A stretch of 64,000 nucleotides of DNA from Candidatus Sericytochromatia bacterium (GTDB lineage: Bacteria; Cyanobacteriota; Sericytochromatia; S15B-MN24; VGJW01), in assembly GCA_035285595.1 (NCBI GenBank), contig JAYKGV010000057.1, positions 6,810 to 70,809 on the forward strand. The letters are read 5' to 3'. Under the pieces are notes generated by a model. It searched no databases, was not told the origin of the DNA, and saw only the letters and a program-made list of their open reading frames with translations. Position numbers and translations under genes: made by a program. Each line of letters begins with the position of its first letter. Position 1 is the first letter of the stretch. This document shows positions 37,762-47,276 of this stretch, piece by piece.

Positions 37762-38309
37762 TGGGGCCGCTGCTGCGCGCGGGCCTGACCCTTGCCCTGA
37801 CGGGGCTCGCCCCGGTCCTTGGCGTCATGCCTGTCGAGGCCGCGGACAAGACGGCTCCGGCCTTTGACCTGCCGGTCATCGCCACGAGCGCCAAGACCGG
37901 GGCCAAGCGTGTCTCTTTGGCCTCGCTCAAAGGCAAGGTTGTGTTGGTCAACTTCTGGGCGACCTGGTGCCCCCCATGCCGCCACGAGATTCCTGATCTC
38001 ATCCGTTTGCAGGACGACCTCAAAGGCAAGGGGTTCACCGTGCTTGGCATCTCGCTCGATGATGATCCCCAAGGGGCGGTCCCGGGCTTCGTCAAGGAGT
38101 TCGGAGCCAGGGAAAAGGTTCGTTTCAACTATCCCTTGCTGGTCGGCAACGAGGACGTGGCTCGAGGTTTCGGGGGCATTCGGGGTATCCCCACGACGTT
38201 CTTGCTCGATCGAAAGGGAGTGATCCGGCAGCGGTGGATCGGGCCGCCCGGTGAGGAACATGCAGAGATCCTGGCCAATTTCCACAAGGCCATCAAGCCT
38301 CTGCTTTGA
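37761..38309 (+). CDS. TlpA-like periplasmic thiol:disulfide oxidoreductase (redoxin family)
   Basis: ATG shares one nt with the FHA stop. Signal peptide. VLVNFWATWCPPCRHEIP active site. Confidence 0.88.
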   Translation: MGPLLRAGLTLALTGLAPVLGVMPVEAADKTAPAFDLPVIATSAKTGAKRVSLASLKGKVVLVNFWATWCPPCRHEIPDLIRLQDDLKGKGFTVLGISLDDDPQGAVPGFVKEFGAREKVRFNYPLLVGNEDVARGFGGIRGIPTTFLLDRKGVIRQRWIGPPGEEHAEILANFHKAIKPLL

Positions 38310-38332
38310 ATCCAAGACATAAAAAGGAAGCA

Positions 38333-38357
38333 AGGGGCGCCCCGACGGGGCGCCCCT
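38333..38357. terminator. perfect GC hairpin between convergent genes (bidirectional terminator candidate)
   Basis: aggggcgcccc-gac-ggggcgcccct, an 11-bp stem, followed by cttgtgttt on the plus strand. Confidence 0.7.
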
Positions 38358-38379
38358 CTTGTGTTTACGCGGCCAGGCT

Positions 38380-39168
38380 TCAGAGGACCTGAAGTACGGC
38401 TTTGCTGCTGTTGACCTCGTTGAAGAGTTCCTTCGAGATGATGGGCTCGTGATCGCGCTCGAACACCTTGTTTTGGCACTGGTAGTCGCCGGTGTAGAAG
38501 ATGTTCTCAAGAATGGTCTTGACGGTATTGGCCTGCCAGCGGCCACCGCGCTTGGTCGGAATGCCATCCTTGCTGAGGTCGCCCGCAATCTGGCGCAGAC
38601 TGCGGCCAGCAGAACGTTCGCGGAAAATACGCTGGACGACGGGCGCTTCGCGTTCGTTGACGACGAACTGGTTCGTCCCTTCGTCGAGAGTGTATCCGAA
38701 GGGACAGGTGCCACCGTTATGCAGGACCTCGCGGGCTCGGACGAACACTTTCGAGGCCGCAGGAGCCTTGATGGGCTTGATCCAACCCGCCACCTGCGGG
38801 ATGCGAACCAGCACCCGAATCAGCTGCATGCCTTCAGGCTTGCTGGTGTCGACGCCCTCGGCAATCGAGATCAGACGCACTTCGCGATGGGCGAACTCGG
38901 AAAGCACCGTGGCCACGTCATGAAAGCGACGCCCCAGGCTGTTCAAACTCGGCATCACCAGCACTACGTTGGGTTCGTCGATCAACTTGGAGAGGATGGG
39001 CCGCTCCAGTGCAGAACCGGGATGGCTCGTCTCAACGTGGACTTCGCTCAGTTTCAAGCCATTGGCGTCGCAGTAGGCCTCAAGGGTGCTGCGGGCAGCC
39101 GTGACGCGTTCCGCGCGAGAGGCATCCTCGGGACTGAGCCAGATATAGCCGTGGAATCGGGGGGTCAT
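38380..39168 (-). CDS. truncated, probably degenerate large-serine-recombinase homolog
   Basis: Resolvase-like N-domain (GYIWLSPEDAS ... VVLVMPSLNSLGRR ... ISIAEGVDT) plus a 'recombinase' domain (FGYTLDEGTNQFVVNEREAPVVQRIF ... RWQANTVKTILENIFYTG), but only 262 aa. ATG at 39168 behind AGGAGA. Confidence 0.8.
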   Translation of the reverse strand: MTPRFHGYIWLSPEDASRAERVTAARSTLEAYCDANGLKLSEVHVETSHPGSALERPILSKLIDEPNVVLVMPSLNSLGRRFHDVATVLSEFAHREVRLISIAEGVDTSKPEGMQLIRVLVRIPQVAGWIKPIKAPAASKVFVRAREVLHNGGTCPFGYTLDEGTNQFVVNEREAPVVQRIFRERSAGRSLRQIAGDLSKDGIPTKRGGRWQANTVKTILENIFYTGDYQCQNKVFERDHEPIISKELFNEVNSSKAVLQVL

Positions 39169-39297
39169 GGGGGATTCTCCTGGCGTCGAGGGCCACGTTC
39201 GGGCCGTCTCCGACGTATTCAAAAGGTTTCTCAAGAAACACCTGCTCTCCAGTATTCCACTTGGAAGTTAAGGGGCACTTAAGAAGCACGTAAGATA

Positions 39298-39327
39298 ACT
39301 TTAACTTTGATTTGATGTTTGCGTCAA
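39298..39327 (-). promoter_or_regulatory. sigma70-like promoter candidate for the recombinase gene
   Basis: Minus strand reads TTGACG-N17/18-TAAAGT inside a 35%-GC spacer. Confidence 0.35.
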
Positions 39328-39363
39328 GTTTTCAAAAATGGCTCTCTTGGGGATCATTCTTTT

Positions 39364-41721
39364 TTAAGGCAAAAAAGTGACAAGGGTTACCCCGTCCCCG
39401 CCTTCACCCTGTCCACCGGGACGAAATGCCTGGACACCCGGTTGTCCGGGCAGGTGCCGACGGACGGCACGGAGCAGGGCTCCTGTTCCGTGGCCATGGA
39501 TGACGGTCCCTTCCCCATGGCCGGCCAGCCACGCGGCAGCCAGCCAGCGTTCCAATTGCGCCAAGGCTTCTTCGGCCTGCAGGCCGCGCAGGTCGAGGCG
39601 GCTGGAGATGTGCGGAGGAGTCCATGCCTGGATGGCTCCGGAAATCGGACTCCTCGCAGGCTTGGTGGGAGAGGGAGTGCGGGGCGGGCGGATGCCGGCT
39701 TCGGGCCCCTCGGAAACTTCATGGGTGCGGAGCGTCAGCTGAAGGCCTCCGACATCCACCCGGAGCGTGCCACGTTCGTCCGGAGGCCGGGTCACGATGC
39801 CCCACTTGTCGAGGCGTGGCACCCAGACTTGCCGGCCAGAGGCCAAGGGTGCTGGTGCGGGCAATGGCCGGGCCGGCTGTAAGCGTTCGCGTCCGGCTGT
39901 CTCGAGCTGCTCGCGCGCGCGCTGAACTTCCGGCCCGGTCGGCCGTCCCTTGAGTCGTGCGATGGCCTGGCGGATCTCGTCGCGTGCCTCCTCAATCTCG
40001 GCCTCGAGGTTGGCCCTGGCCTCCCGGCGAAGATTGCGTTCCTCTTGGCGCCAACCCGCCAGTCGCGTCTCGAGCTCCTCTCTCATCTTCTCGGCTTCGC
40101 GCCTCGCCAAGGCGAGGGCTCGCCCATGATCCTCAGCTTCGGCCCGGGCCTGGTTCAGCTCCTCCAGCAGACGGTCCGCCGTCGTGCGGCTGGCTTCGTG
40201 GAGTGCCCGGGCTCGTTGGAGGATCTGTTGGGGCATGCCCAGTCGCTCGGCGACCGCCAGTCCCAGCGACGCGCCGGGCTGTCCGGGAGACAAGCGGTAG
40301 TAAGGTTTCATGGCCTCCACATCGAAACGGGTCGTGGCGAGGCCCATCCTCGGATCCTCGAAGGGCAAGGTCTTCAGGGGGCCGAGATGTGTGGTGGCCA
40401 CAATCCACGCGCCACAGGCCAGGATGTCCTCCAGAATGGCCCTGGCCAAGGCGGCGCCCTCCTCGGGATCGGTCCCCGAACCGACCTCGTCCAGCAACAC
40501 GAGCTGGCCGGGGCTCAACGAGGGCAGAAGGTGAGCCATGTGGCTCACGTGCCCGCTGAAGGTCGACAGGTCACCGGCGAGCGTTTGTGGATCTCCGATG
40601 TCGGCGTGCAAGGCCGTGACATGCGGCAAGCGGCTGCCTGCAGCCACCGGGGGAAGGATACCCGCCTGCGTCAGCATGACGACCGAACCCAGGGTCTTGA
40701 GCGCGGCGGTCTTTCCCCCTGTGTTGGGACCGGTGATGAGCAGTCCCTGGCCGTCGAGGACGAGATCGACGGGGACGGCGTCTTCACCCAGACGGGCCCA
40801 GAGCAGCGGGTGCCGGGCGTCATGAAGTTCTGGGCGTTCCCCCGGCAGCGGTCGATGGCCGTCCCAGCGCCAGCCCAGCCGGGCCTTGGCCTGAGCCAGA
40901 TCCATCCGGATCAGCAACCTCACCGTCTGTTCAAGGGCAGGGATGTATCGGCCCACGGTCCGGACCAGATCATCGAGAACTCGTGCCTCCTCGGCCATGA
41001 CCCTGGCCTCGGCATCCGCCCTGGCTTCATTGGCCTCGAAGAGCGCCGGCGGCTCGATGTGCAACGTTCGGCCACTGGCCGAGCGGTCCAGCACCATGCC
41101 TGGGACGTCTCCCCGACGATCCGCCCGGATGGGCAGGACCCAGCGATCCCGACGAATCAACACATGATCCTCGCCCATGGACTCGGCGTATCGTCGTGCG
41201 AGGCTTTCCGCACGTTGCCGGGCGCTCTGCGCGGCGGCCCGGGCTTCAAGCCGGAGGGTACCAAGCGCCGGCGAGGCCTCGTCCGTGAGGGTGCCGTCTT
41301 CGGTCAGAAGAGGGTCCAACAGCGTGTGCACGGCTTGGGTATCGGGCCAGAACCACCCAAACGCAGAAAGGGCCGCAGCAAGCCGAGCATGATTCGCCGT
41401 CAGCTGCCGCCAAACGGTCCCCAAGCGGGCCCAGCGGGCGATGCGTCGAAGCTCCTGGCCTGTCAATCGGCTGCCCAGCGCCGCTCGACGAAGCAAAGGC
41501 AGCGGATCGTCCAGGGCGCCCGTATCGGCACGTTGTCCCTCCGTTGCCTCGGCTACGGCCTCGGTCAAATCCAGAAGACGGGCCACCTCGGCTGAGTCCT
41601 CAGCTGGAATGAGGGAGAGAGCCAACCTGCACGCCGCCGGACCCTCAGTCTCGGCGGCCACCAGTTCCTGCAGGGCCCCCCAGTCGAGGGAAGCCCGCGT
41701 TCTCTCCCCGAAGCCGCTCAT
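39364..41721 (-). CDS. mutS2: endonuclease MutS2
   Basis: MutS ATPase core ITGPNTGGKTAALKT, LLDEVGSGTDPEEG, coiled-coil region, C-terminal Smr domain (LDLRGLQAEEALAQL...HGHGTGALLRAVRRHL). Confidence 0.93.
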   Translation of the reverse strand: MSGFGERTRASLDWGALQELVAAETEGPAACRLALSLIPAEDSAEVARLLDLTEAVAEATEGQRADTGALDDPLPLLRRAALGSRLTGQELRRIARWARLGTVWRQLTANHARLAAALSAFGWFWPDTQAVHTLLDPLLTEDGTLTDEASPALGTLRLEARAAAQSARQRAESLARRYAESMGEDHVLIRRDRWVLPIRADRRGDVPGMVLDRSASGRTLHIEPPALFEANEARADAEARVMAEEARVLDDLVRTVGRYIPALEQTVRLLIRMDLAQAKARLGWRWDGHRPLPGERPELHDARHPLLWARLGEDAVPVDLVLDGQGLLITGPNTGGKTAALKTLGSVVMLTQAGILPPVAAGSRLPHVTALHADIGDPQTLAGDLSTFSGHVSHMAHLLPSLSPGQLVLLDEVGSGTDPEEGAALARAILEDILACGAWIVATTHLGPLKTLPFEDPRMGLATTRFDVEAMKPYYRLSPGQPGASLGLAVAERLGMPQQILQRARALHEASRTTADRLLEELNQARAEAEDHGRALALARREAEKMREELETRLAGWRQEERNLRREARANLEAEIEEARDEIRQAIARLKGRPTGPEVQRAREQLETAGRERLQPARPLPAPAPLASGRQVWVPRLDKWGIVTRPPDERGTLRVDVGGLQLTLRTHEVSEGPEAGIRPPRTPSPTKPARSPISGAIQAWTPPHISSRLDLRGLQAEEALAQLERWLAAAWLAGHGEGTVIHGHGTGALLRAVRRHLPGQPGVQAFRPGGQGEGGDGVTLVTFLP

Positions 41722-41742
41722 CCCCTCATCGTAACAGCCCGA

Positions 41743-42462
41743 TCAGGACGGAGGCTCCCCTTCCGTTTCATCGACTCTGCCTGCAGCCGGACTCTCTGAG
41801 GACCAGCGGGCCAACGCCTCCCGATCCTGTGCTTCGCCGCGGAGGAACAGCACGCTGCCGGGGCGGACATGTCGATGCCGCCGGTGGGCAAGGATGATGC
41901 CGAGGACGGCCGCCACTCCGCTGGCCAACCAGACCGTCGGGTGTGGGCGGCCCAGAGTCAGGATCAAGCCGCAGATCCCACCATAGGCCACGTGGGCCAG
42001 AAGCCTCCACGTGGTCTCGACGAGGCCACCGCTGCCCCGCAACAACCCGAGGTCAGGCAGGATACCTCTGCGCGAGGCCGGGTCGGTCCACTGCACCAGT
42101 GCAAGCAGCGGCATGTGCAGCAGGCCGTGGTACACCCCAAGGACCGAGCCCATGGTGATGCCCAGGAGCGGCCCCATGCTCAGACCCATGGCATGCCATA
42201 TCCATGCATAGCAGGCTGCGAACACGATGCCTTCAAGATGATGCGCCACGGCCCCCGTGAGGAGCGCGTGGCGCCTTCCTGGTGCAAGCAGATGCCCAAG
42301 GGCCCATTCGAAATCGAGGGTGGTGAGGCCCTTGGCCCGGGCCAGTCCCAATACGAGATTCAAGCCCGCAGTGCCGGCCAGTCCCGCACAGATGATGGTG
42401 CCGATGCCCACGCAGCCCCCCTTCCTGTCGGTCCGCCCCGCAGGATGGCTCGCGTGACCCAT
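41743..42462 (-). CDS. hypothetical polytopic membrane protein
   Basis: 239 aa with 5-6 hydrophobic helices rich in His/Gly. I recognise no family. Confidence 0.6.
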   Translation of the reverse strand: MGHASHPAGRTDRKGGCVGIGTIICAGLAGTAGLNLVLGLARAKGLTTLDFEWALGHLLAPGRRHALLTGAVAHHLEGIVFAACYAWIWHAMGLSMGPLLGITMGSVLGVYHGLLHMPLLALVQWTDPASRRGILPDLGLLRGSGGLVETTWRLLAHVAYGGICGLILTLGRPHPTVWLASGVAAVLGIILAHRRHRHVRPGSVLFLRGEAQDREALARWSSESPAAGRVDETEGEPPS

Positions 42463-42480
42463 CCCGGCAAGGGCCGGACG

Positions 42481-43338
42481 TCAGCGGGGACGGGACGGAC
42501 GGAAGTCTTGCCGATCGAAGCCCGCAAGCTCCACGAAGCTCGGGTTGTCGATGAACGGGTTGCGGTTGCCCTGCACCTGCCAGACTCTCTCGTTCCGCTC
42601 GCGCTCTTCGGCGTCGACAGGGTCCTGCTTGTGCCACGTCACCAAGGTCCGGACCTCGTTGACGAAATTTCTGAGAGAGGTCGAGTCCCGGTTGCCGTAG
42701 ACGACGTAGAAATACAACAGTCCCCGGGCGATGTCGCCACGGACGCCGGGCCGTGGCTCGCACACCGTCTGGCCACGGGCATCCAGCCCGATGCGGGTCT
42801 TGCCGTCGACGGCAGGAAACTGGAACGTGGGTGAACCGACCACCGTACCGTAGGCATAGGAGCCGCGGCTGCCGTTGATGCCGGCATCCGAAGACTGCAG
42901 ATGGTGCAGGTCCGAACGGGCTGCGCCCTGGGCGCCAAGGCTCTGGGGCCACGTATGTTCCGTGTTGAGATTGTGCCTGAAGGCGGTGCCGCGGTCGCGG
43001 ACACCCTTGAAGCGTTCGCCCGTGTAGATGTCTTCGACGACATCGTCGTCGTCCGGATCGGCCACATCACCGAAGAGATGATCTCGGGCCGTGTCGTAAC
43101 CCAAGTCGGTGTGGCGGGCCACGATGCCGTTCAACGCCATGACGAGTGGAGTGCCTTGAAGGCCCTCGGCATCGCGGTAGTAGCCAGCAGGAAGACCCTT
43201 GACCTTGATCTTCCGCACGCCCAGTGCCGAAGACGAAGAAGCCACGGGCCGCACGACGGGTGCAGTGCCGCACGCCACCACGGAGAGCGCGACGACCCCC
43301 AGGAGGGGAAGTGCAGCGACGAGACGGAAGGGGCGCAT
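42481..43338 (-). CDS. extracellular Endonuclease I-family nuclease, lipoprotein
   Basis: Lipobox SVVACG. NTEHTWPQS, DLHHLQSSDAGINGSRG, RGDIARGLLYF, GNRNPFID motifs. Confidence 0.85.
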   Translation of the reverse strand: MRPFRLVAALPLLGVVALSVVACGTAPVVRPVASSSSALGVRKIKVKGLPAGYYRDAEGLQGTPLVMALNGIVARHTDLGYDTARDHLFGDVADPDDDDVVEDIYTGERFKGVRDRGTAFRHNLNTEHTWPQSLGAQGAARSDLHHLQSSDAGINGSRGSYAYGTVVGSPTFQFPAVDGKTRIGLDARGQTVCEPRPGVRGDIARGLLYFYVVYGNRDSTSLRNFVNEVRTLVTWHKQDPVDAEERERNERVWQVQGNRNPFIDNPSFVELAGFDRQDFRPSRPR

Positions 43339-43621
43339 AGCGTCGAATCCTCTGGGTGTCGGTAACCTATAGGACCTTGTGGTTAACTCCTTGTCAAGGA
43401 TGTGGGAATTCGTTGCAAAGCTTCATCCGTCGGTCAGGAGAGTCGACACGCCAGACCTGAAGGCCACCCGGCATCAGAAGGCCCTGCCGGATCCCCGAGG
43501 GGGGCGTGGACCTCGAGGCCTCGGGTCTCCAGTCGAGGCGTGCGAGCCGCCTCACGTGCGTGTCTACGGGAGGTGCTCGCTGAGCTGGGCTGAATGACGG
43601 GCCAGGGGGTATGGTGGAGGC

Positions 43622-44332
43622 ATGGGCTTCGACCCTCTTGATCGCGGCCGGGCCAGCGTGCTTTGGTGCCTGTTTGTCCCGGTCCTCTCGGTCTTCGTGT
43701 GGACTTGCGGTTCGGTCGCAGATGCCGTGGAGCTTGCGGGGCGAGAGTTGTCGGATGCCGACATTCGTCGGGTGGAGGCGGGAGACATCCTGACGCGATG
43801 GGAAGATCCGCCGGGGCCCGGCTTGAACCGCAAGGTCGCTTCGGCAGGTATTCTCCCTGCCTCGGCCCGGGATGCCTGGGCGCTCGCGACCGACTTTCGC
43901 AATTACCCATTGATTTATACCGGCATTGCTTCCGCACGTTTGGTGGTCGAACAGCCTCGTGAAGCGGTCGGTACCTATGTCCTGAGTTTGCCGTGGCCTT
44001 TGCCGGAAAGATGGGTGACGACCCGGGCGTGGCTCGATCCTGATCGTCGCTATTGTTCATGGCGAAAGGAGGGAGGGACGGTAAGGACCTACGAGGGGCA
44101 TCTCCAGGTGCTGCCGTGGGGTGGGCGACGCAGCATGTTGCTTTATGCCGCCCGGATCGATCCAGATTTGTCCTTCCTGCCGAGTTGGTTCTGGGATTGG
44201 GCTCAGGAACGCGCGTTGCCCTCGGTGGTTGCCGGACTCCGGGATACCTTGGAGAAGCCCCACGGGCCGTATTGGCGTTCAGGAGTCCAAAGGCCGAGGT
44301 TCGAGTTCGCGGGGCGACGACTGGATCCGTAG
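43622..44332 (+). CDS. exported SRPBCC/START-like (polyketide-cyclase fold) protein
   Basis: Signal peptide. ASARDAWALATDFRNYPLIY... pattern typical of the SRPBCC superfamily. Pattern-level call only. Confidence 0.55.
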   Translation: MGFDPLDRGRASVLWCLFVPVLSVFVWTCGSVADAVELAGRELSDADIRRVEAGDILTRWEDPPGPGLNRKVASAGILPASARDAWALATDFRNYPLIYTGIASARLVVEQPREAVGTYVLSLPWPLPERWVTTRAWLDPDRRYCSWRKEGGTVRTYEGHLQVLPWGGRRSMLLYAARIDPDLSFLPSWFWDWAQERALPSVVAGLRDTLEKPHGPYWRSGVQRPRFEFAGRRLDP

Positions 44333-44419
44333 GCCTTGCCGGGTCCCGCGGGGCGAGGAGCAGGGGCGGGGCCCCCGGGCCATTGCCCGGAAGCCCCGCC
44401 TGGTCACGCCGTCAGCCGC

Positions 44420-45640
44420 TTAGCGGCCGCCGTGGCCGCCACCATGGTCCCTGTCATAATCCCCGAGGTCGCTGATCTGCTGGTCGCCTTCCGCGGCCAC
44501 GTTGTTCAGGACCGTCAGGGTCGCCAGAGTCTCGGTGATCCAGTTGTACTCCGTCACGCGCCGGACGAGGGTCCGGGGCGGACGGGGGCCGCCATGTCCG
44601 CTGTCCCCCTCCTCCCGGCAGTCGTCATCCTCGCACTTCGGATCGGGCAACCTGTTGGTGAGAATGTCGCCGCCACGGGTGAGCATCTCGGTGTAGATAT
44701 GGGCGTTGTCGAAGCAGACGAACTTGGGATCCGTGACGTCGTAGTTGGTGAAGGCGTAGTTCAGGAAGGGCATCGGGTCGACCAGGTTGGCGACACGATC
44801 GTAGCGGTAGACGTTGCCGTCGCTGGCCGCGAAAGCAATCTGCGTGCCGTCCGGACTGATGGCCGGATGCGAGATCTGGCCGTACAGGCGAGCCTGGGCG
44901 ATTTCGTGGATCATCGGATTCAGCATGTCATAGACGTACAGGCGTCCCGCCAGCGTCGTGAAGACGGCCCAGCGGGCATCGCACGAGATCCGGATCCAGT
45001 TGATCCCCCCCTCGCAGGAGCCCTGTGCGTTGACTTTGGCGAGATCGGCCACCACGCCGTTGAGCCAGAGCATGGCCTTGGGCACGTCGTCCCGGCGTTC
45101 GCTTTCGAGAATGAACGTCATGGCCGTTCCGTCGAAGCTCATGCTGGGCCGCCGGACCGAACCCAGTCCGTTGACGTCGTTGAGGGCCACCAGCAGTTCG
45201 GCCACCACGTCGTAAACGAAAATCTGGGAGCGCCGGCCCTGCCGACGGTCGAAGATCACGCGGCCGCTGCTGAAGACCTCCGGGTTGTTGACCCCGATGC
45301 CCGCTCCGACCAAGGCGTAGTTGTCGCTGATCGTGCGGTCATACACGAAGAGCTGCTTCTGGCCCCCGATGACGGAGACGAACGGCAACATCGTGGGCGC
45401 GGCCCCGATGGATAGGCCGGGAATCGGCACGGCAGGTGCGATCGGGGCCACCGCGGCGCCCGATGATGGGCTGGTGGGATTGCCACCACCTCCCAATTCT
45501 GAAGCCACCGGCACTGTGACATTCCCCGCCGGCGGTTGGCCCGTGGGGGGCTGCTGCGTCGGGGACGAGGCGCAGCCCAGGGCAGTGGCGGCCAGCAGGC
45601 CCCCGATGGTCAGACGTGTCGCCAGATTCTTGCGCGCCAT
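44420..45640 (-). CDS. TolB-like beta-propeller lipoprotein with a Cys/acidic and His-Gly tail
   Basis: ATG at 45640 behind GAGGAG. Lipobox ATALGC. Repeats of the type ISPDGTQIAFAASDGNVYRYD and PSMSFDGTAMTF. Tail ...CEDDDCREEGDSGHGG...DHGGGHGGR. Confidence 0.65.
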   Translation of the reverse strand: MARKNLATRLTIGGLLAATALGCASSPTQQPPTGQPPAGNVTVPVASELGGGGNPTSPSSGAAVAPIAPAVPIPGLSIGAAPTMLPFVSVIGGQKQLFVYDRTISDNYALVGAGIGVNNPEVFSSGRVIFDRRQGRRSQIFVYDVVAELLVALNDVNGLGSVRRPSMSFDGTAMTFILESERRDDVPKAMLWLNGVVADLAKVNAQGSCEGGINWIRISCDARWAVFTTLAGRLYVYDMLNPMIHEIAQARLYGQISHPAISPDGTQIAFAASDGNVYRYDRVANLVDPMPFLNYAFTNYDVTDPKFVCFDNAHIYTEMLTRGGDILTNRLPDPKCEDDDCREEGDSGHGGPRPPRTLVRRVTEYNWITETLATLTVLNNVAAEGDQQISDLGDYDRDHGGGHGGR

Positions 45641-45853
45641 GAAGTCTCCTCTCGGACATTCCGGGTGGATGGCTCCGGATACGGGCACCGGGCCCGGCCG
45701 GGATCGCGTTGCCGCACACGAGGAGGGGAGGGGTGGGCATGGGGGTCCCACTGGGGGACCGGCCAGAGTTGGGTGACAGGCTGACGTGGGTCGCTGCAGG
45801 ATCCGGGACGGCCCGGATCGGTGATGCAGCTACCCTAGCATCCGCCCCTTGCG

Positions 45854-46444
45854 GTGAAACCGTCGGAAGGCATGACGGATGCTGGTACGATGGACCTGTC
45901 GGAGGGGCGAGCCTTGGACGAACGCGCGTTGTGGCTGCTCGGAGGCATGACGGTCGCCGTCTGGCTCGGTGGCTGGTGGATGGAGCGCAGTTTTCGGACC
46001 GAGGGTGGCGCAGGCACCATGAGCGAGGCCGTGCAGGTCGCGGACCGAAAGGCACGGGACTGGAGCCCGCAGCCGCTCCTGCTGGGCGTGGAAGGGCGGG
46101 ATCTGGTCAAGGGACGTGCAGAGGGGCGTGGGGGATGGATCGTGACTTACGCCGACGCACGGAAGCTCGATCGGGTCTGTGAGGTCCACCTTGGCAAGCA
46201 CTTCCTCAAGCTATGGCCAGAACGCGGCAAGCCGGGGCCGGTCTTGCCGATGGAAGGTCTCATGGACTCGGTCGGGATGGCGGAGCTGCTTCCGGGCAAG
46301 GGCGTTCCGCCTCAGGCTCCGGCGACCTGGTCCTGGCGTGTGGACGGAGCCCGCCCCTTGCTTCAGGTTGCCACCGCAGGTCGATTTGCAGCCACTTGGT
46401 CCCTCGATCCGGTGTCGGGTCAACTGCTGGCTTACGATCGCTGA
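45854..46444 (+). CDS. hypothetical membrane-anchored protein
   Basis: 196-aa ORF with one TM (LWLLGGMTVAVWLGGWW). Start ambiguous (several in-frame Met). Confidence 0.45.
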   Translation: MKPSEGMTDAGTMDLSEGRALDERALWLLGGMTVAVWLGGWWMERSFRTEGGAGTMSEAVQVADRKARDWSPQPLLLGVEGRDLVKGRAEGRGGWIVTYADARKLDRVCEVHLGKHFLKLWPERGKPGPVLPMEGLMDSVGMAELLPGKGVPPQAPATWSWRVDGARPLLQVATAGRFAATWSLDPVSGQLLAYDR

Positions 46445-46497
46445 CGGCCCGGCCGACCGGTGCGCTCCCCCGGGGTGCTCGGGTATGTAGGGGAGAC

Positions 46498-47262
46498 ATG
46501 ATTCTTCCCGTTGTCGACAATCCGCGCCTTGCCGCCATCCTCGCCCGAATCGAGGATGCGGGCTCCCTGCCGCGCATGTGGCAGGTGGCCGTCGTCAATT
46601 CCCAGCGGGCCGGTGTCAACGACCATGGCCCCACCCACGTCAAGATCGTCGCCCACAATGCCCTCAAGATTCTTCGCCTTCTGGGCGAGGCCGAGGTCGT
46701 GCCCGGGGTGGTCACGGCCCATGGCCTCACCTTCGCGGACGCCGAAATCGTGGTCGTCCTTGCGGGCTTGTTGCATGACGTCGGCATGACGGTGCACCGG
46801 GACAGCCACGAGGCTCACTCCCTGTTCCTGGTCCATCAGGCCCTTCCGCCCCTTTTGGACGGCCTGTACCCGCCGGCCGAATCCGTGATCATGGTGCATG
46901 AGACCCTGCACGCGATGATTGGCCACAACTCCCTCCAGCGCTGCCTTACGGTCGAGGCAGGGGTGGTCAAGGTGGCCGACGCCCTCGATATGTCGAAGTG
47001 GCGCTCCCGGGCCATCATCAAGGGTGGCCGCGTCAGCATCCATTCGCTTTCGGCTGCGGCCATCGACAAGGTCGCCATCTCCAAGGGAGAGACCCGGCCG
47101 GTTCTGGTCGAGGTCACGATGAACAACAGCGCCGGCATCTTCCAGGTGGACAATCTCCTCAAGCACAAGATCCATCACAGTGGCATCGCCCAGCATTTCG
47201 AGGTCCGCACCCGCGTCGAGGGAGAGGCCGAACGTCAGCACGTCCAGACCTTCACCCTCTGA
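46498..47262 (+). CDS. HD-domain metal-dependent phosphohydrolase
   Basis: ATG at 46498 behind GGGGAGA. H...HD signature (GPTHVKIVAHNA ... AGLLHDVGM). The track ORF start at 46213 is an upstream extension. Confidence 0.75.
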   Translation: MILPVVDNPRLAAILARIEDAGSLPRMWQVAVVNSQRAGVNDHGPTHVKIVAHNALKILRLLGEAEVVPGVVTAHGLTFADAEIVVVLAGLLHDVGMTVHRDSHEAHSLFLVHQALPPLLDGLYPPAESVIMVHETLHAMIGHNSLQRCLTVEAGVVKVADALDMSKWRSRAIIKGGRVSIHSLSAAAIDKVAISKGETRPVLVEVTMNNSAGIFQVDNLLKHKIHHSGIAQHFEVRTRVEGEAERQHVQTFTL

Positions 47263-47276
47263 CGCGGATCGGGGCC

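Noticed and set aside
38380-39168. The serine recombinase as an invertase driving flagellin phase variation.
   Set aside because: Flagellin is about 16 kb away. I saw no flanking inverted repeats around any promoter, and the catalytic residues look degenerate.
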